Of a DNA stretch of 26,512 bases, positions 16,735 to 25,611 are shown in pieces (within the stretch, counting starts at the first letter, position 1; every line of letters begins with the position of its first letter). Made by a program: the position numbers and the translations under genes. The notes under the pieces are model-generated. The model saw only the letters and a list, made by a program, of their open reading frames with translations, was not told the DNA's origin and searched no databases. This DNA is from Acholeplasmataceae bacterium (lineage in GTDB: Bacteria > Bacillota_I > Bacilli_A > Acholeplasmatales > Acholeplasmataceae): contig DNNX01000067.1 in assembly GCA_003497445.1 (NCBI GenBank), positions 1 to 26,512 on the forward strand. Reading direction: 5' to 3'.

Positions 16735-18073
16735 AAAATCTCAATACCACTTCTACACCTTCATTTATATTCCTAATGTAAAAAGCGCCTCCATGTGCTT
16801 TCATTATCTGATCTACAATCGCTAGACCTAAGCCTAGACCATCTGAGTTTACTTTGTAAAATGTCTGATTTAAAAAAGGTAAATGTGCTTCATCTATTGG
16901 TGTTGTTTGATTGGTAATCATCACATCAAAATAATCTTGATATCGTTCATACTTAATATCAATAATAGAATCTTTTTTTCTAAATTTTATCGCATTATTT
17001 AAGACATTATTTACCACTTGTCGCATGCTGAGTGCATCCATACTTAGTATTTTATCTGATTTAAGTTGTTTATGATTAAAATGAACATCTTGATGAATGA
17101 GTGACAATTCATTCGTGATATCTTCTATAAATTTACTAATTCTTACATCCTTTTTGTCCAAGGTGATCGTATGACTTTGTAATTCTGAAATGAGCATAAC
17201 ATCATCCGTCAATTTCTCTATGAGTTTAATTTGTGCATGAATCATTTTATAATAAGTTTCAATTTTTGCACTATCCTTCGTAACTGACAATAAATCGATT
17301 GCTGATTGAATCACAGTAATCGGAGTTCTAATTTCATGAGAAATGTTCGCAATAAATGTTTTTGATAATTGATCTTGTTTTTTTTCTTTTTCAAGTTCTC
17401 TTTTCAGGGTATCAATTGTATCATTTAATCTTTTTTTCATAGATATAAATGAAATCATCAATGTTTTAAACTCATCATTTCTATGATTATCAGGCAGTTT
17501 GAGTTCATTTGATTGTGTGAGTTGAATCAGTTGATGAATTGGCTTTGAAAATCGATTTGAAATGAACCAAGCTGTTAAAACGGACAAGACAATCCCTAGG
17601 CTTGTGATATATATGAAAAGATCATTAATGAGAGATATACTCTGATTAAGCCCTTCCAAAGAGCGTTGATAGATGAAAATATAGTCAGTTTTTATCATCA
17701 TGACTTGCATAAAATTTTGTTCTGATATATCGACTTCTTCAGTGATGATACTTTCTTCATTCAATTGAATGAGTATCCTAATCGGTAAATCTCTCGTATT
17801 ACCAAAAAGACCTTGACCTGTCATATCATATACTATCATTCGGCCATTATTCGTAGACATAAAGTCATTGATGATCTCTTCATGAAGATCAAAGTCATTT
17901 GAACTCAATTCTATATCTAATTCTTCTACGGATTCAATCATTTTAAATTCTAAATCGTTTTTATAAATCGATGGAACAAGTAAGTTTTGAGCGACTCCTA
18001 AAATAGCAAAAACAAGCATCATTGTTCCAACAATATACAATATAAGTTTATAAAAAATAGGAAATTGTTTCAT
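16724..18073 (-). CDS. Membrane sensor histidine kinase (HisKA + HATPase, HAMP-like linker)
   Basis: Two TM segments around an extracytoplasmic domain; H box ISHEIRTPI; N box NNVLNNAIKF; G2 box GLGLGLAIV. Confidence 0.92.
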   Translation of the reverse strand: MKQFPIFYKLILYIVGTMMLVFAILGVAQNLLVPSIYKNDLEFKMIESVEELDIELSSNDFDLHEEIINDFMSTNNGRMIVYDMTGQGLFGNTRDLPIRILIQLNEESIITEEVDISEQNFMQVMMIKTDYIFIYQRSLEGLNQSISLINDLFIYITSLGIVLSVLTAWFISNRFSKPIHQLIQLTQSNELKLPDNHRNDEFKTLMISFISMKKRLNDTIDTLKRELEKEKKQDQLSKTFIANISHEIRTPITVIQSAIDLLSVTKDSAKIETYYKMIHAQIKLIEKLTDDVMLISELQSHTITLDKKDVRISKFIEDITNELSLIHQDVHFNHKQLKSDKILSMDALSMRQVVNNVLNNAIKFRKKDSIIDIKYERYQDYFDVMITNQTTPIDEAHLPFLNQTFYKVNSDGLGLGLAIVDQIMKAHGGAFYIRNINEGVEVVLRFYDI

Positions 18074-18720
18074 CGTTGAACCTCAAAATAATATCCTACA
18101 CCAAATACAGTATGGATGCACGAAATATGAGATAATTTATGTCGAATACGTTTAATTGTTGTATCTACTGTACGCGTATCTCCATCAAACAAGTAGCCCC
18201 AACACATCTCAAGGAGTCTTTCTCTTGAAATTACTTCTTTCGGATGCTCATATAAATATTTCAACACCTCAAATTCTTGTTTCGTAAGTTTTGTTTTTTT
18301 ACCATCTATATTCACTTCATGTGTATTCGTAAGAATCTGAAAGGCAATATGATTCGATCTTCTTACAGATAACATGTGATCGATTCTTAAATGTAATTCT
18401 TTTAGTGAAAATGGTTTCGTAAGATAATCATCAGCTCCAAGTTCTAATCCGAATATTTTATCTGAAGTTTCGCTCCGAGCTGTTAACATGATCACAGGTA
18501 CTGAAGCTGTTTGCTTAATTTTTCTTAATACGGACCATCCATCCAAATCATCTAACATCACATCTAAAATGACAACATCAATCGCTTTAGTTTCTATCAT
18601 CTCCATAACTTCTGAACCCTTTGAGACTAAAAAAACATCATATGCATAAGATGTAAAGTAATCTTTAAGAATTGTTTGTAGGTTGATATCATTTTCAACG
18701 ACTAATAGTTTTTGATTCAT
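18070..18720 (-). CDS. OmpR/PhoB-family response regulator
   Basis: VILDVML phosphoacceptor, PVIMLTA, GADDYLTKPFS; winged helix RTVDTTIKRIRHKL and TVFGVGY. ATGA overlap with the kinase. Confidence 0.95.
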   Translation of the reverse strand: MNQKLLVVENDINLQTILKDYFTSYAYDVFLVSKGSEVMEMIETKAIDVVILDVMLDDLDGWSVLRKIKQTASVPVIMLTARSETSDKIFGLELGADDYLTKPFSLKELHLRIDHMLSVRRSNHIAFQILTNTHEVNIDGKKTKLTKQEFEVLKYLYEHPKEVISRERLLEMCWGYLFDGDTRTVDTTIKRIRHKLSHISCIHTVFGVGYYFEVQR

Positions 18721-18726
18721 ATCTAT

Positions 18727-18735
18727 ATTTTATCA
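18727..18735 (-). promoter_or_regulatory. Extended -10 element (TGaTAAAAT) for the two-component operon
   Basis: Minus strand reads TGATAAAAT, ending 6 nt before the response regulator ATG. Confidence 0.5.
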
Positions 18736-18768
18736 TGATGAAACCATAAAAAAACGTTCGTTTGAAAA

Positions 18769-18813
18769 TTGTTAGATGTTTGACACAACTTTGACATAAT
18801 TCTTTATTATAAT
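18769..18813 (+). promoter_or_regulatory. Tandem direct repeats with 11-bp period plus -10 box; candidate response-regulator binding site
   Basis: TTGTTA (18769), TTGACA (18780) and TTGACA (18791), each separated by 5 bp, then TATAAT at 18808-18813. Confidence 0.55.
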
Positions 18814-18837
18814 GAATGTAATTCTAGGAGGTATCTC

Positions 18838-20742
18838 ATGAAAAAAATACTATTATTGATTGTTTCATTTTTATTTACAGTTACGTTAACTTCTTGTAAT
18901 CAAATGATCAGTCATTATACAGATGACTCGCATTCACAATTATCTTATGTAAAAGATTATGATCAGTTTAAACAACTCATCGAACGAAATCAAGACAGTT
19001 ACAATCGGTTTTATCCTGAAGCTGTTTTTGATAGTGTTGAAATGGATGATACTACATCTTCAGAAAAATCAAATGTCTCTACTACAAATGTTCAAGTCCA
19101 AGGGATTGATGAAGGTGATATTGTTAAAGTAGATGATACAAGAATATACATGTTGAGCTATGATGCCTTTCATGTGATCGATATTTCTAATGATTCTATG
19201 TCATTGTTACTTTCTCAATCACTAGCATCCACAAGAGAAGATTCAAGTTATACTTATTATCAAGAACTTTACATAACAGAAAATGAAGTCATTGTGATTG
19301 GTCAGCGTTATTCTTATTATCTACAATCTAGAGATGGTCAAACAAAAGAAAGTGATTTTATCGATATTGAGCCGTGGTATTACTTTGGTTTACCTGAATC
19401 TATAATTGAAATATACGATAAAGCTTCTCTTACATTACAAGATACCTTTTTGGTCTCAGGTTATTTATCAAGTTCTCGCTTAATTAATAATCACTTATAT
19501 GTCATTACAAAACAAGATATTTTCCTTTATGAAGATATTGATCCAAGACCTCAGATCACACACAATTCTGATGTTTATATGCAACCCTATGAAAACATTC
19601 AGTACATTGCTTCTCTGGACACACTTGAGAACTATACCAATATATTACATGTTGAATTCAATGACACACTTACATATGAATTAAAAACATATTTAGGCCA
19701 AAGTTCTTGGGGTCATACGTATGTGACTTTCGATAATATTTATTTTGCTGGTAACACGTATCAATTTGATGATGTAACGAACACATATGTTACAAAAGGT
19801 GTTATTATCCGTTACATGATTAACAATGATGGGTCTACTTCCTTTGGTGGCTATCAAACATACGAAGGTTATATCATCAATCAATTTGCTATTGATCAAT
19901 ATGATCAAACATTAAGACTCGTAACAACAGATGGTTGGGGAGACACGGTTGTAAATCGTTTATATATATTTTCTTTAGATGTGAATGAAACGAATGAACC
20001 TAGCTTATCATTACGAGCGCTATTAGATGAAGGTATCGGGAAACCTAGAGAACGTGTTCAATCTGTTCGATTTAATGAAGATATTGTAACGATTGTTACC
20101 TTTGAACTTACAGATCCATTATATATAATCGATATTTCAGATCCCACTCGACCAACTATTACAAGTGAACTTGAGATTACCGGTTTTGCAACCTATCAGC
20201 ACCCTTGGAAAAATGATACATTACTTAATATCGGATATGAAACCGATAACGAAGGTCGTATCATCGGATTAAAAATCGCACTTTTTGATACTTCTGATAT
20301 CATGAATCTTATTCAGATCGGATCTGAACTAACATTTTTAAATGGTAATCAAGGTTGGACATATTCCGAAGCACTTCACAACCATAAAGCATTACTTTTC
20401 TCTGAAATACACGATTTCTTTGGATTTGCGATGACACGTTATCAATGGATTGAAACATCAGATGCTTCGTACTATATGAATATTCAAGACTATATATTAT
20501 TTAATATTGATTTAAACAATACAACGACACCACTCAGTGTTAAAGCAACATTTTCACATCAATTTTTTATACAGTCACTCTCTTTAGATACAAATTCGTA
20601 TTATCTATCTTATACGTTTGGTATTCAACGTGCAGTTTATGTAGATGATATGATTTACTTCATTTCACTTGGTGGTGTGACATCCTATGATTTAAATGAT
20701 TTAACAACGATGACAGATTCTTTATTGCTATATTCAGAATAA
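18838..20742 (+). CDS. Secreted beta-propeller domain lipoprotein (Beta_propel/PF09826-like)
   Basis: Lipobox LTSC; family-typical STTNVQVQGIDEGDIVKVD and RVQSVRF...VTFELTDPLYIIDISDP...ELEITGFATYQHP; GGAGGT RBS. Confidence 0.82.
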   Translation: MKKILLLIVSFLFTVTLTSCNQMISHYTDDSHSQLSYVKDYDQFKQLIERNQDSYNRFYPEAVFDSVEMDDTTSSEKSNVSTTNVQVQGIDEGDIVKVDDTRIYMLSYDAFHVIDISNDSMSLLLSQSLASTREDSSYTYYQELYITENEVIVIGQRYSYYLQSRDGQTKESDFIDIEPWYYFGLPESIIEIYDKASLTLQDTFLVSGYLSSSRLINNHLYVITKQDIFLYEDIDPRPQITHNSDVYMQPYENIQYIASLDTLENYTNILHVEFNDTLTYELKTYLGQSSWGHTYVTFDNIYFAGNTYQFDDVTNTYVTKGVIIRYMINNDGSTSFGGYQTYEGYIINQFAIDQYDQTLRLVTTDGWGDTVVNRLYIFSLDVNETNEPSLSLRALLDEGIGKPRERVQSVRFNEDIVTIVTFELTDPLYIIDISDPTRPTITSELEITGFATYQHPWKNDTLLNIGYETDNEGRIIGLKIALFDTSDIMNLIQIGSELTFLNGNQGWTYSEALHNHKALLFSEIHDFFGFAMTRYQWIETSDASYYMNIQDYILFNIDLNNTTTPLSVKATFSHQFFIQSLSLDTNSYYLSYTFGIQRAVYVDDMIYFISLGGVTSYDLNDLTTMTDSLLLYSE

Positions 20743-20745
20743 AAT

Positions 20746-20779
20746 AAAAAAACAATAACCTCATAGTTATTGTTTTTTT
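20746..20779. terminator. Probable bidirectional terminator between the beta-propeller gene and trkH
   Basis: AAAAAAACAATAAC-CTCATA-GTTATTGTTTTTTT. Confidence 0.75.
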
Positions 20780-20782
20780 ATT

Positions 20783-22270
20783 TTATACCACTTGTTTTCT
20801 AGTAACGTCTAATGCAACTTTACTTATCGCAATGAAGATCACATAAAACTCTAATCGTCCCAAAAACATACCAAAGGTGCCTGTCCACAATAAGAAACTA
20901 GGTGCATTTGCATTTAAAATTCCAACAGACAATCCAACCGTGCCAAGAGCACTTGCAAATTCAAACAAACTATCTTCAAATGTATATCCATGTAACATAA
21001 TCATGAATGCACCGATAAGTAATATGACGATATACGTTGTAATAAACATATAGTTTTGCGTAATTTCATCTTGTTCAATGACCATTTTTTTACCTAATCG
21101 ATTAATAAATTTTGTCCGTACGGTTTTTTTATGACTCAACATATCTTTAATTTGCCAATATTGAGACTTCACCATAAGTCCAATTCGGTATTGTTTAATC
21201 CCACCAGCTGTAGAGCCAGTACCCGCTCCTAATATCATTGTTAAGATAATTAAGAAAAATAATGTAGAAGGTAAGTTGGTAAATCCAGAAATATTTTGAT
21301 AACCAGTTCCAGTGATTGAAGAAATTAACTGAAAACTTGAGATACGTAATGATTCACCAAAAGTAAGTTGTAAATGCTGCATCACACTTATGGTTCCAAA
21401 AATAACCGATATAACTGCAATAAAGGCAAAAACTTTTAATTCAATATGTGAAAAAACGTCTTTAAATTTTTTTCTAAATAACAACAAATGAACAAAAAAG
21501 TTTGTCCCACCTAATATCATTAAAATAATGGTGATGATTTCAATTTCTAAACTTTGATAAAATCCTATCGATGCACTTTTTGTAGAAAATCCACCCGTAG
21601 CTACAGCACTAATCGAATGATTGATTGCATCAAACAAAGGCATACCAAACAGTACATAAAAAATGATGCCGAGTATGATATAAAAAACATAAATACGCAT
21701 AATGATCTGACCTGATTTTAATAAATTAGGTACCAAGCGATCACTATGACCTTCTGCTTGATACAAACGCATGCCTAATTTATCAGAAATGGCAGATGTC
21801 AAAACTAAAACGAATCCGACGCCACCAAAAAATTGTAAAAACGAACGATATAGTAGTAATATTTTTGGTGCAGATGTAACATCGACGACACTAAGACCTG
21901 TTGTTGAATAGCCACTGGTGATTTCAAAGGCAGCATGAGTGAAACTATATCCTAAAAGTAATAATGGAATGGTGGATAATAATATGCCTAGAACCCATGT
22001 CCCAACAACAAGAACAGCATCTTGATGCCGTTCGAGTTGACTTTTTTCAAATTGCTTAAAATATCTTTGGAATAAAATACCTATAATGATGAGTGACAAA
22101 CCTGGTATAGAAAAATTTAAGCTTAATTGCCATTCAGATATATCAAAAAACAATGAGATGAGTGGCATTAACATAATGATACCAATCACAATCATAAACA
22201 TTGTTAAGTAACTAAAAATGAGTTTAAAACCCGTTAACTTTTTAATCTCTGTTACAAACGTTTCTTGCAT
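20783..22270 (-). CDS. trkH: Trk-system potassium uptake membrane protein (TrkH/TrkG family)
   Basis: Polytopic membrane protein with four pore-loop motifs (SGYSTTG, SAVATGG, SSITGTG, SALGTVG) and C-terminal MFLGRLE. Confidence 0.92.
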   Translation of the reverse strand: MQETFVTEIKKLTGFKLIFSYLTMFMIVIGIIMLMPLISLFFDISEWQLSLNFSIPGLSLIIIGILFQRYFKQFEKSQLERHQDAVLVVGTWVLGILLSTIPLLLLGYSFTHAAFEITSGYSTTGLSVVDVTSAPKILLLYRSFLQFFGGVGFVLVLTSAISDKLGMRLYQAEGHSDRLVPNLLKSGQIIMRIYVFYIILGIIFYVLFGMPLFDAINHSISAVATGGFSTKSASIGFYQSLEIEIITIILMILGGTNFFVHLLLFRKKFKDVFSHIELKVFAFIAVISVIFGTISVMQHLQLTFGESLRISSFQLISSITGTGYQNISGFTNLPSTLFFLIILTMILGAGTGSTAGGIKQYRIGLMVKSQYWQIKDMLSHKKTVRTKFINRLGKKMVIEQDEITQNYMFITTYIVILLIGAFMIMLHGYTFEDSLFEFASALGTVGLSVGILNANAPSFLLWTGTFGMFLGRLEFYVIFIAISKVALDVTRKQVV

Positions 22271-22935
22271 TATGAGTTTTTCTCAAAGAACTTGACAACT
22301 TTGTCTTTTTCAATGGGTGTTGTCACAATGAGAAGTTTATCTCCCTCTTTGATCATAGTGTCCCCTTTAGGAATAATTGGAAGTGGATCTCTAAAGACAC
22401 AACTGATGTTAATATTAGTCGGAAAGTGGATATCTTTGATATATTGATTGATAAATGAAAATGTTGGTTGAACTTGAATTTCAACCACGACAATCTTATC
22501 TTCATCATCTAATGAAATAGTTCTACTGAGTTGTTGAATGACTGCATCATTATGAATATTTTGAACTAAATAATTTGTTGCATTGATGACACGATCAATG
22601 CCTAAGCTTTTAAATACTTTGACATTATTTGGATTTCTAACAATACAGACAACTTTTTTTACGTCAAATAAATTTTTTGCAGACATACTCATGATGTAAT
22701 TATCGGTGTCATTTTCAGACAATGCAATAAATACATCTGCATCTTTGATTTGTGCATCTTCTAAAACATAAATTTTTGTTGGATCACCTGCAAATACGGG
22801 TAAATCATGATGTGCTGATAAATACTTTGCAAATTCTTTATCAGGATTTATAATGATGAGTTGATGATTGCTTTTTTTAAATTCATTAATGATAAAATCA
22901 GCCTCTAAACGGCCGCCAGCTAAAATGATTTTCAT
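22270..22935 (-). CDS. trkA: TrkA-family potassium channel regulatory protein (RCK_N + RCK_C)
   Basis: GDPT...LEDAQIKDADVFIAL, D--N, LGIDRVI, C-terminal PKGDTMIKEGDKLLIV. Confidence 0.88.
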   Translation of the reverse strand: MKIILAGGRLEADFIINEFKKSNHQLIIINPDKEFAKYLSAHHDLPVFAGDPTKIYVLEDAQIKDADVFIALSENDTDNYIMSMSAKNLFDVKKVVCIVRNPNNVKVFKSLGIDRVINATNYLVQNIHNDAVIQQLSRTISLDDEDKIVVVEIQVQPTFSFINQYIKDIHFPTNINISCVFRDPLPIIPKGDTMIKEGDKLLIVTTPIEKDKVVKFFEKNS

Positions 22936-23357
22936 GATCTGTCCTCAACATCACTTTGAAATAGAGTTCTAAAGCTATCTATTGATAATTTATAAGGATA
23001 AATCGCTTGAATACGCTCATTATCAATGAGTTTTTCTTTTTCTGAATCCATTAAACGAATATATATTTTTGGTACTTGAAAAATTTGATCACAAATGTGA
23101 GCAATCAAAATGTTGACATTATCTCTGTTCGTAGAAATCACTACATATTCTGCTTCTTCTATGAATGCTTTTTTTAAAATTTCTAGTTGTGTTGCATCGC
23201 CTACTTCAGTATATCCTGCAAATGTTTCATGTAACTTTCTAAATGAATCTTCATGGGCATCCACGACAATGACTTGCATGCCTTCTTCGGAACGTTCGGT
23301 TGCAACTTGTCCACCAAAACGACCACACCCAATAACAACAAACTTATTTCGTTTCAT
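22932..23357 (-). CDS. trkA: TrkA-family protein, RCK_N domain only
   Basis: VVIGCGRFG Rossmann motif, GDAT, STNRDNVN; 141 aa with no RCK_C. Confidence 0.85.
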   Translation of the reverse strand: MKRNKFVVIGCGRFGGQVATERSEEGMQVIVVDAHEDSFRKLHETFAGYTEVGDATQLEILKKAFIEEAEYVVISTNRDNVNILIAHICDQIFQVPKIYIRLMDSEKEKLIDNERIQAIYPYKLSIDSFRTLFQSDVEDRS

Positions 23358-23447
23358 AACAAACCTTGCTTTCTTTAAATCATGAGTATTTTATCATAAT
23401 TTTAGTTTTTTAAGTCAAAATAAGGTTTTCATTAAAGAAAAATCGCA

Positions 23448-23951
23448 TCAAATAAAAGCGCGAATTTTCTCTATGATGATCTCTTCAATTTTAAGGACAT
23501 CAAAAGCAGTTTTACACTCTCGTTTCATGGATGTCACATGGGGTATAGAGAACGTTGTTTGATTAACATTCACACCAAAGCCTATAACTGCTCCTAAAAT
23601 CTCTTGATTTCTTGTTTTTGATTCAACGATAACACCAGCAATCTTATTATTTTTTACAAGAATATCATTGGGTTCTTTAAAAGAAACATCACTGATATAT
23701 GTCTTTAAAATATCAATAATGATATATGCAATATCTTTTTGTAAATCAACAAGTTGATGTGTGGATATGTCTTTGACAAGAATTGAGCATAACACATTTT
23801 GATCTTTTTCTGACTCCCAAATACGATCAAATTGTCCATGACCTTCAGTTTGATAACCCGCGGATAAAACCGTTAGATGTGGAAATGTATCCATATGCAT
23901 CATCAACTCTTTTTGAGTCGACGATACCACTTTTTTGTGTATATAGGTCAT
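23448..23951 (-). CDS. birA: Biotin-protein ligase family protein, catalytic domain only, degenerate motifs
   Basis: SSTQ, QTEGHGQFDRIW, KEPNDILV...KIAGVIVE, IGFGVNV; no N-terminal HTH and no C-terminal domain; ATGA-coupled to fabZ. Confidence 0.75.
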   Translation of the reverse strand: MTYIHKKVVSSTQKELMMHMDTFPHLTVLSAGYQTEGHGQFDRIWESEKDQNVLCSILVKDISTHQLVDLQKDIAYIIIDILKTYISDVSFKEPNDILVKNNKIAGVIVESKTRNQEILGAVIGFGVNVNQTTFSIPHVTSMKRECKTAFDVLKIEEIIIEKIRAFI

Positions 23952-24370
23952 TGTACCGCAAAAGAAAATTCTGATTCAACAACAAGTTCATCTCCAACAT
24001 AAGCAAAAGCTACACCAAAGCCAAAATTCGAACGTAATTTTGTTAATTCTACTTTTAGAATTAATGTATCATTTGGAACAACTTGTCGTCTAATTTTTGT
24101 ATTTTTTATACCTGTAAAGTATGCAATTTTACCTTTGTATTGGTCATCACTAAGAAGTAAAAATGCGCCTAATTGTGCAAGTGATTCAACAATTAACACA
24201 CCGGGCATTACAGGTTTTTGAGGAAAGTGACCTTTGAAAAAATCAAAGTTTTCTTTCACAAATAATTTACCCGTTGCTTTTTTAAGAGGTTCTAAATGCG
24301 TAATCTCATCAATGAATAAAAATGGATCACGATGAGGAATCACTGCTTTAATTTGTTCTTTATTAAACAT
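23948..24370 (-). CDS. fabZ: 3-hydroxyacyl-ACP dehydratase
   Basis: IPHRDPFLFID, FFKGHFPQKPVMPGVLIVESLAQ. Confidence 0.95.
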   Translation of the reverse strand: MFNKEQIKAVIPHRDPFLFIDEITHLEPLKKATGKLFVKENFDFFKGHFPQKPVMPGVLIVESLAQLGAFLLLSDDQYKGKIAYFTGIKNTKIRRQVVPNDTLILKVELTKLRSNFGFGVAFAYVGDELVVESEFSFAVQ

Positions 24371-24372
24371 GA

Positions 24373-25611
24373 TTATACCTTCTTGAAAATTAAGATTGCA
24401 TTTTGTCCACCAAAACCTAAATTCATATTGATGGCATACTGTATCTCTTTTTTCACTGCTTGATTCGGAGTGTAATTAAGATCACAATCTTCATCAACTT
24501 CTTTGTAGTTGATGGTTGGTGGAATGATGCCATTTCTTAAAGCTTCTACTGTAAACACACTTTCAATCGCTCCGGATGCTCCAAGTGCATGGCCTGTCAT
24601 GGATTTTGTTGAACTGACATTCAGTTTATATGCATGATTTTTGAATACTTTTTTGATGCCTAATGTCTCAAATTTATCATTTAAAGGTGTGGATGTTCCA
24701 TGCGCGTTAATGTAATCAATCGCTTCTTTTTTAATACCAGCATCACTCAGTGCAAGTTCTAATGCTCTAGCAACACCTTCTGCATTTTCATCAGGAGCAG
24801 TAATATGATACGCATCAGAAGTTGATCCATATCCTACAATTTCACCTAAAATATTTGCTTGTCTTGCGACTGCACGCTCATATTCTTCTAAAATGAGTAC
24901 CCCTGCACCTTCAGCGATGACAAATCCTTCTCGTCGTTTATCAAAAGGTATAGAGGCATTATTGATATCATCTGTTTGGTTGAGTGCACGCATATTCGCA
25001 AACCCATTTACACCTATTGGATTGATAGGAGCTTCTGAACCACCTGCAAATGCAATGTCTAAATAACCATCTCGAATATATCTAAATGCTTCACCGATTG
25101 AATTTGTTGCTGCCGAGCAAGCTGTAACAACAGGTAAATTCGGTCCTTTTGCTTGATATTGCATTGAGATCGCGCCACCAATTAAATTAATGATTGCTGC
25201 AGGAATAAAAAACGGTGACATACGATCTAATCCACGTAATACAGATACTTCTGTCTCTTTATTGATTGTTGTGAGACCACCAATACCTGAACTTACGAAT
25301 GTTCCAAATCTAAATGGATCTCCTACATTCTCTGCATTAAGTCCACTTTGTTCATAAGCTTCTTTCGCTGCAACAAGTGCTAAATTAATCGCACGATCTT
25401 GGCGTTTAATCGATTTTTTATCCAAATGGTCTTCAAAATTAAGGTTTTTAACTTCTCCACCAATTTTAACTTTCCATGTCTCAGTATCAAATAAAGTAAT
25501 TTTATCAATACCATTTTTACCTTGTATTGCTGATTGAAATGATGTGTTTACATCATTTCCAATTGGACTTACTAGTCCAAGTCCTGTAATTACTACACGT
25601 CTTTTAATCAT
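24373..25611 (-). CDS. fabF: 3-oxoacyl-ACP synthase II
   Basis: RRVVITGLG; catalytic triad regions VTACSAA (Cys), INAHGTST (His) and TGHALGA (His); LGFGGQN. Confidence 0.95.
   Translation of the reverse strand: MIKRRVVITGLGLVSPIGNDVNTSFQSAIQGKNGIDKITLFDTETWKVKIGGEVKNLNFEDHLDKKSIKRQDRAINLALVAAKEAYEQSGLNAENVGDPFRFGTFVSSGIGGLTTINKETEVSVLRGLDRMSPFFIPAAIINLIGGAISMQYQAKGPNLPVVTACSAATNSIGEAFRYIRDGYLDIAFAGGSEAPINPIGVNGFANMRALNQTDDINNASIPFDKRREGFVIAEGAGVLILEEYERAVARQANILGEIVGYGSTSDAYHITAPDENAEGVARALELALSDAGIKKEAIDYINAHGTSTPLNDKFETLGIKKVFKNHAYKLNVSSTKSMTGHALGASGAIESVFTVEALRNGIIPPTINYKEVDEDCDLNYTPNQAVKKEIQYAINMNLGFGGQNAILIFKKV

Noticed and set aside
19499-19908. ORFs 19499-19684 (+) and 19693-19908 (-)
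   Set aside because: Nested within the beta-propeller gene; no independent signals.
23358-23447. Possible c-di-AMP (ydaO) riboswitch or sugar-type operator upstream of trkA
   Set aside because: The 90-bp spacer is too short and AT-rich for the riboswitch; AAGGTTTTCAT matches only half of the sugar operator motif.
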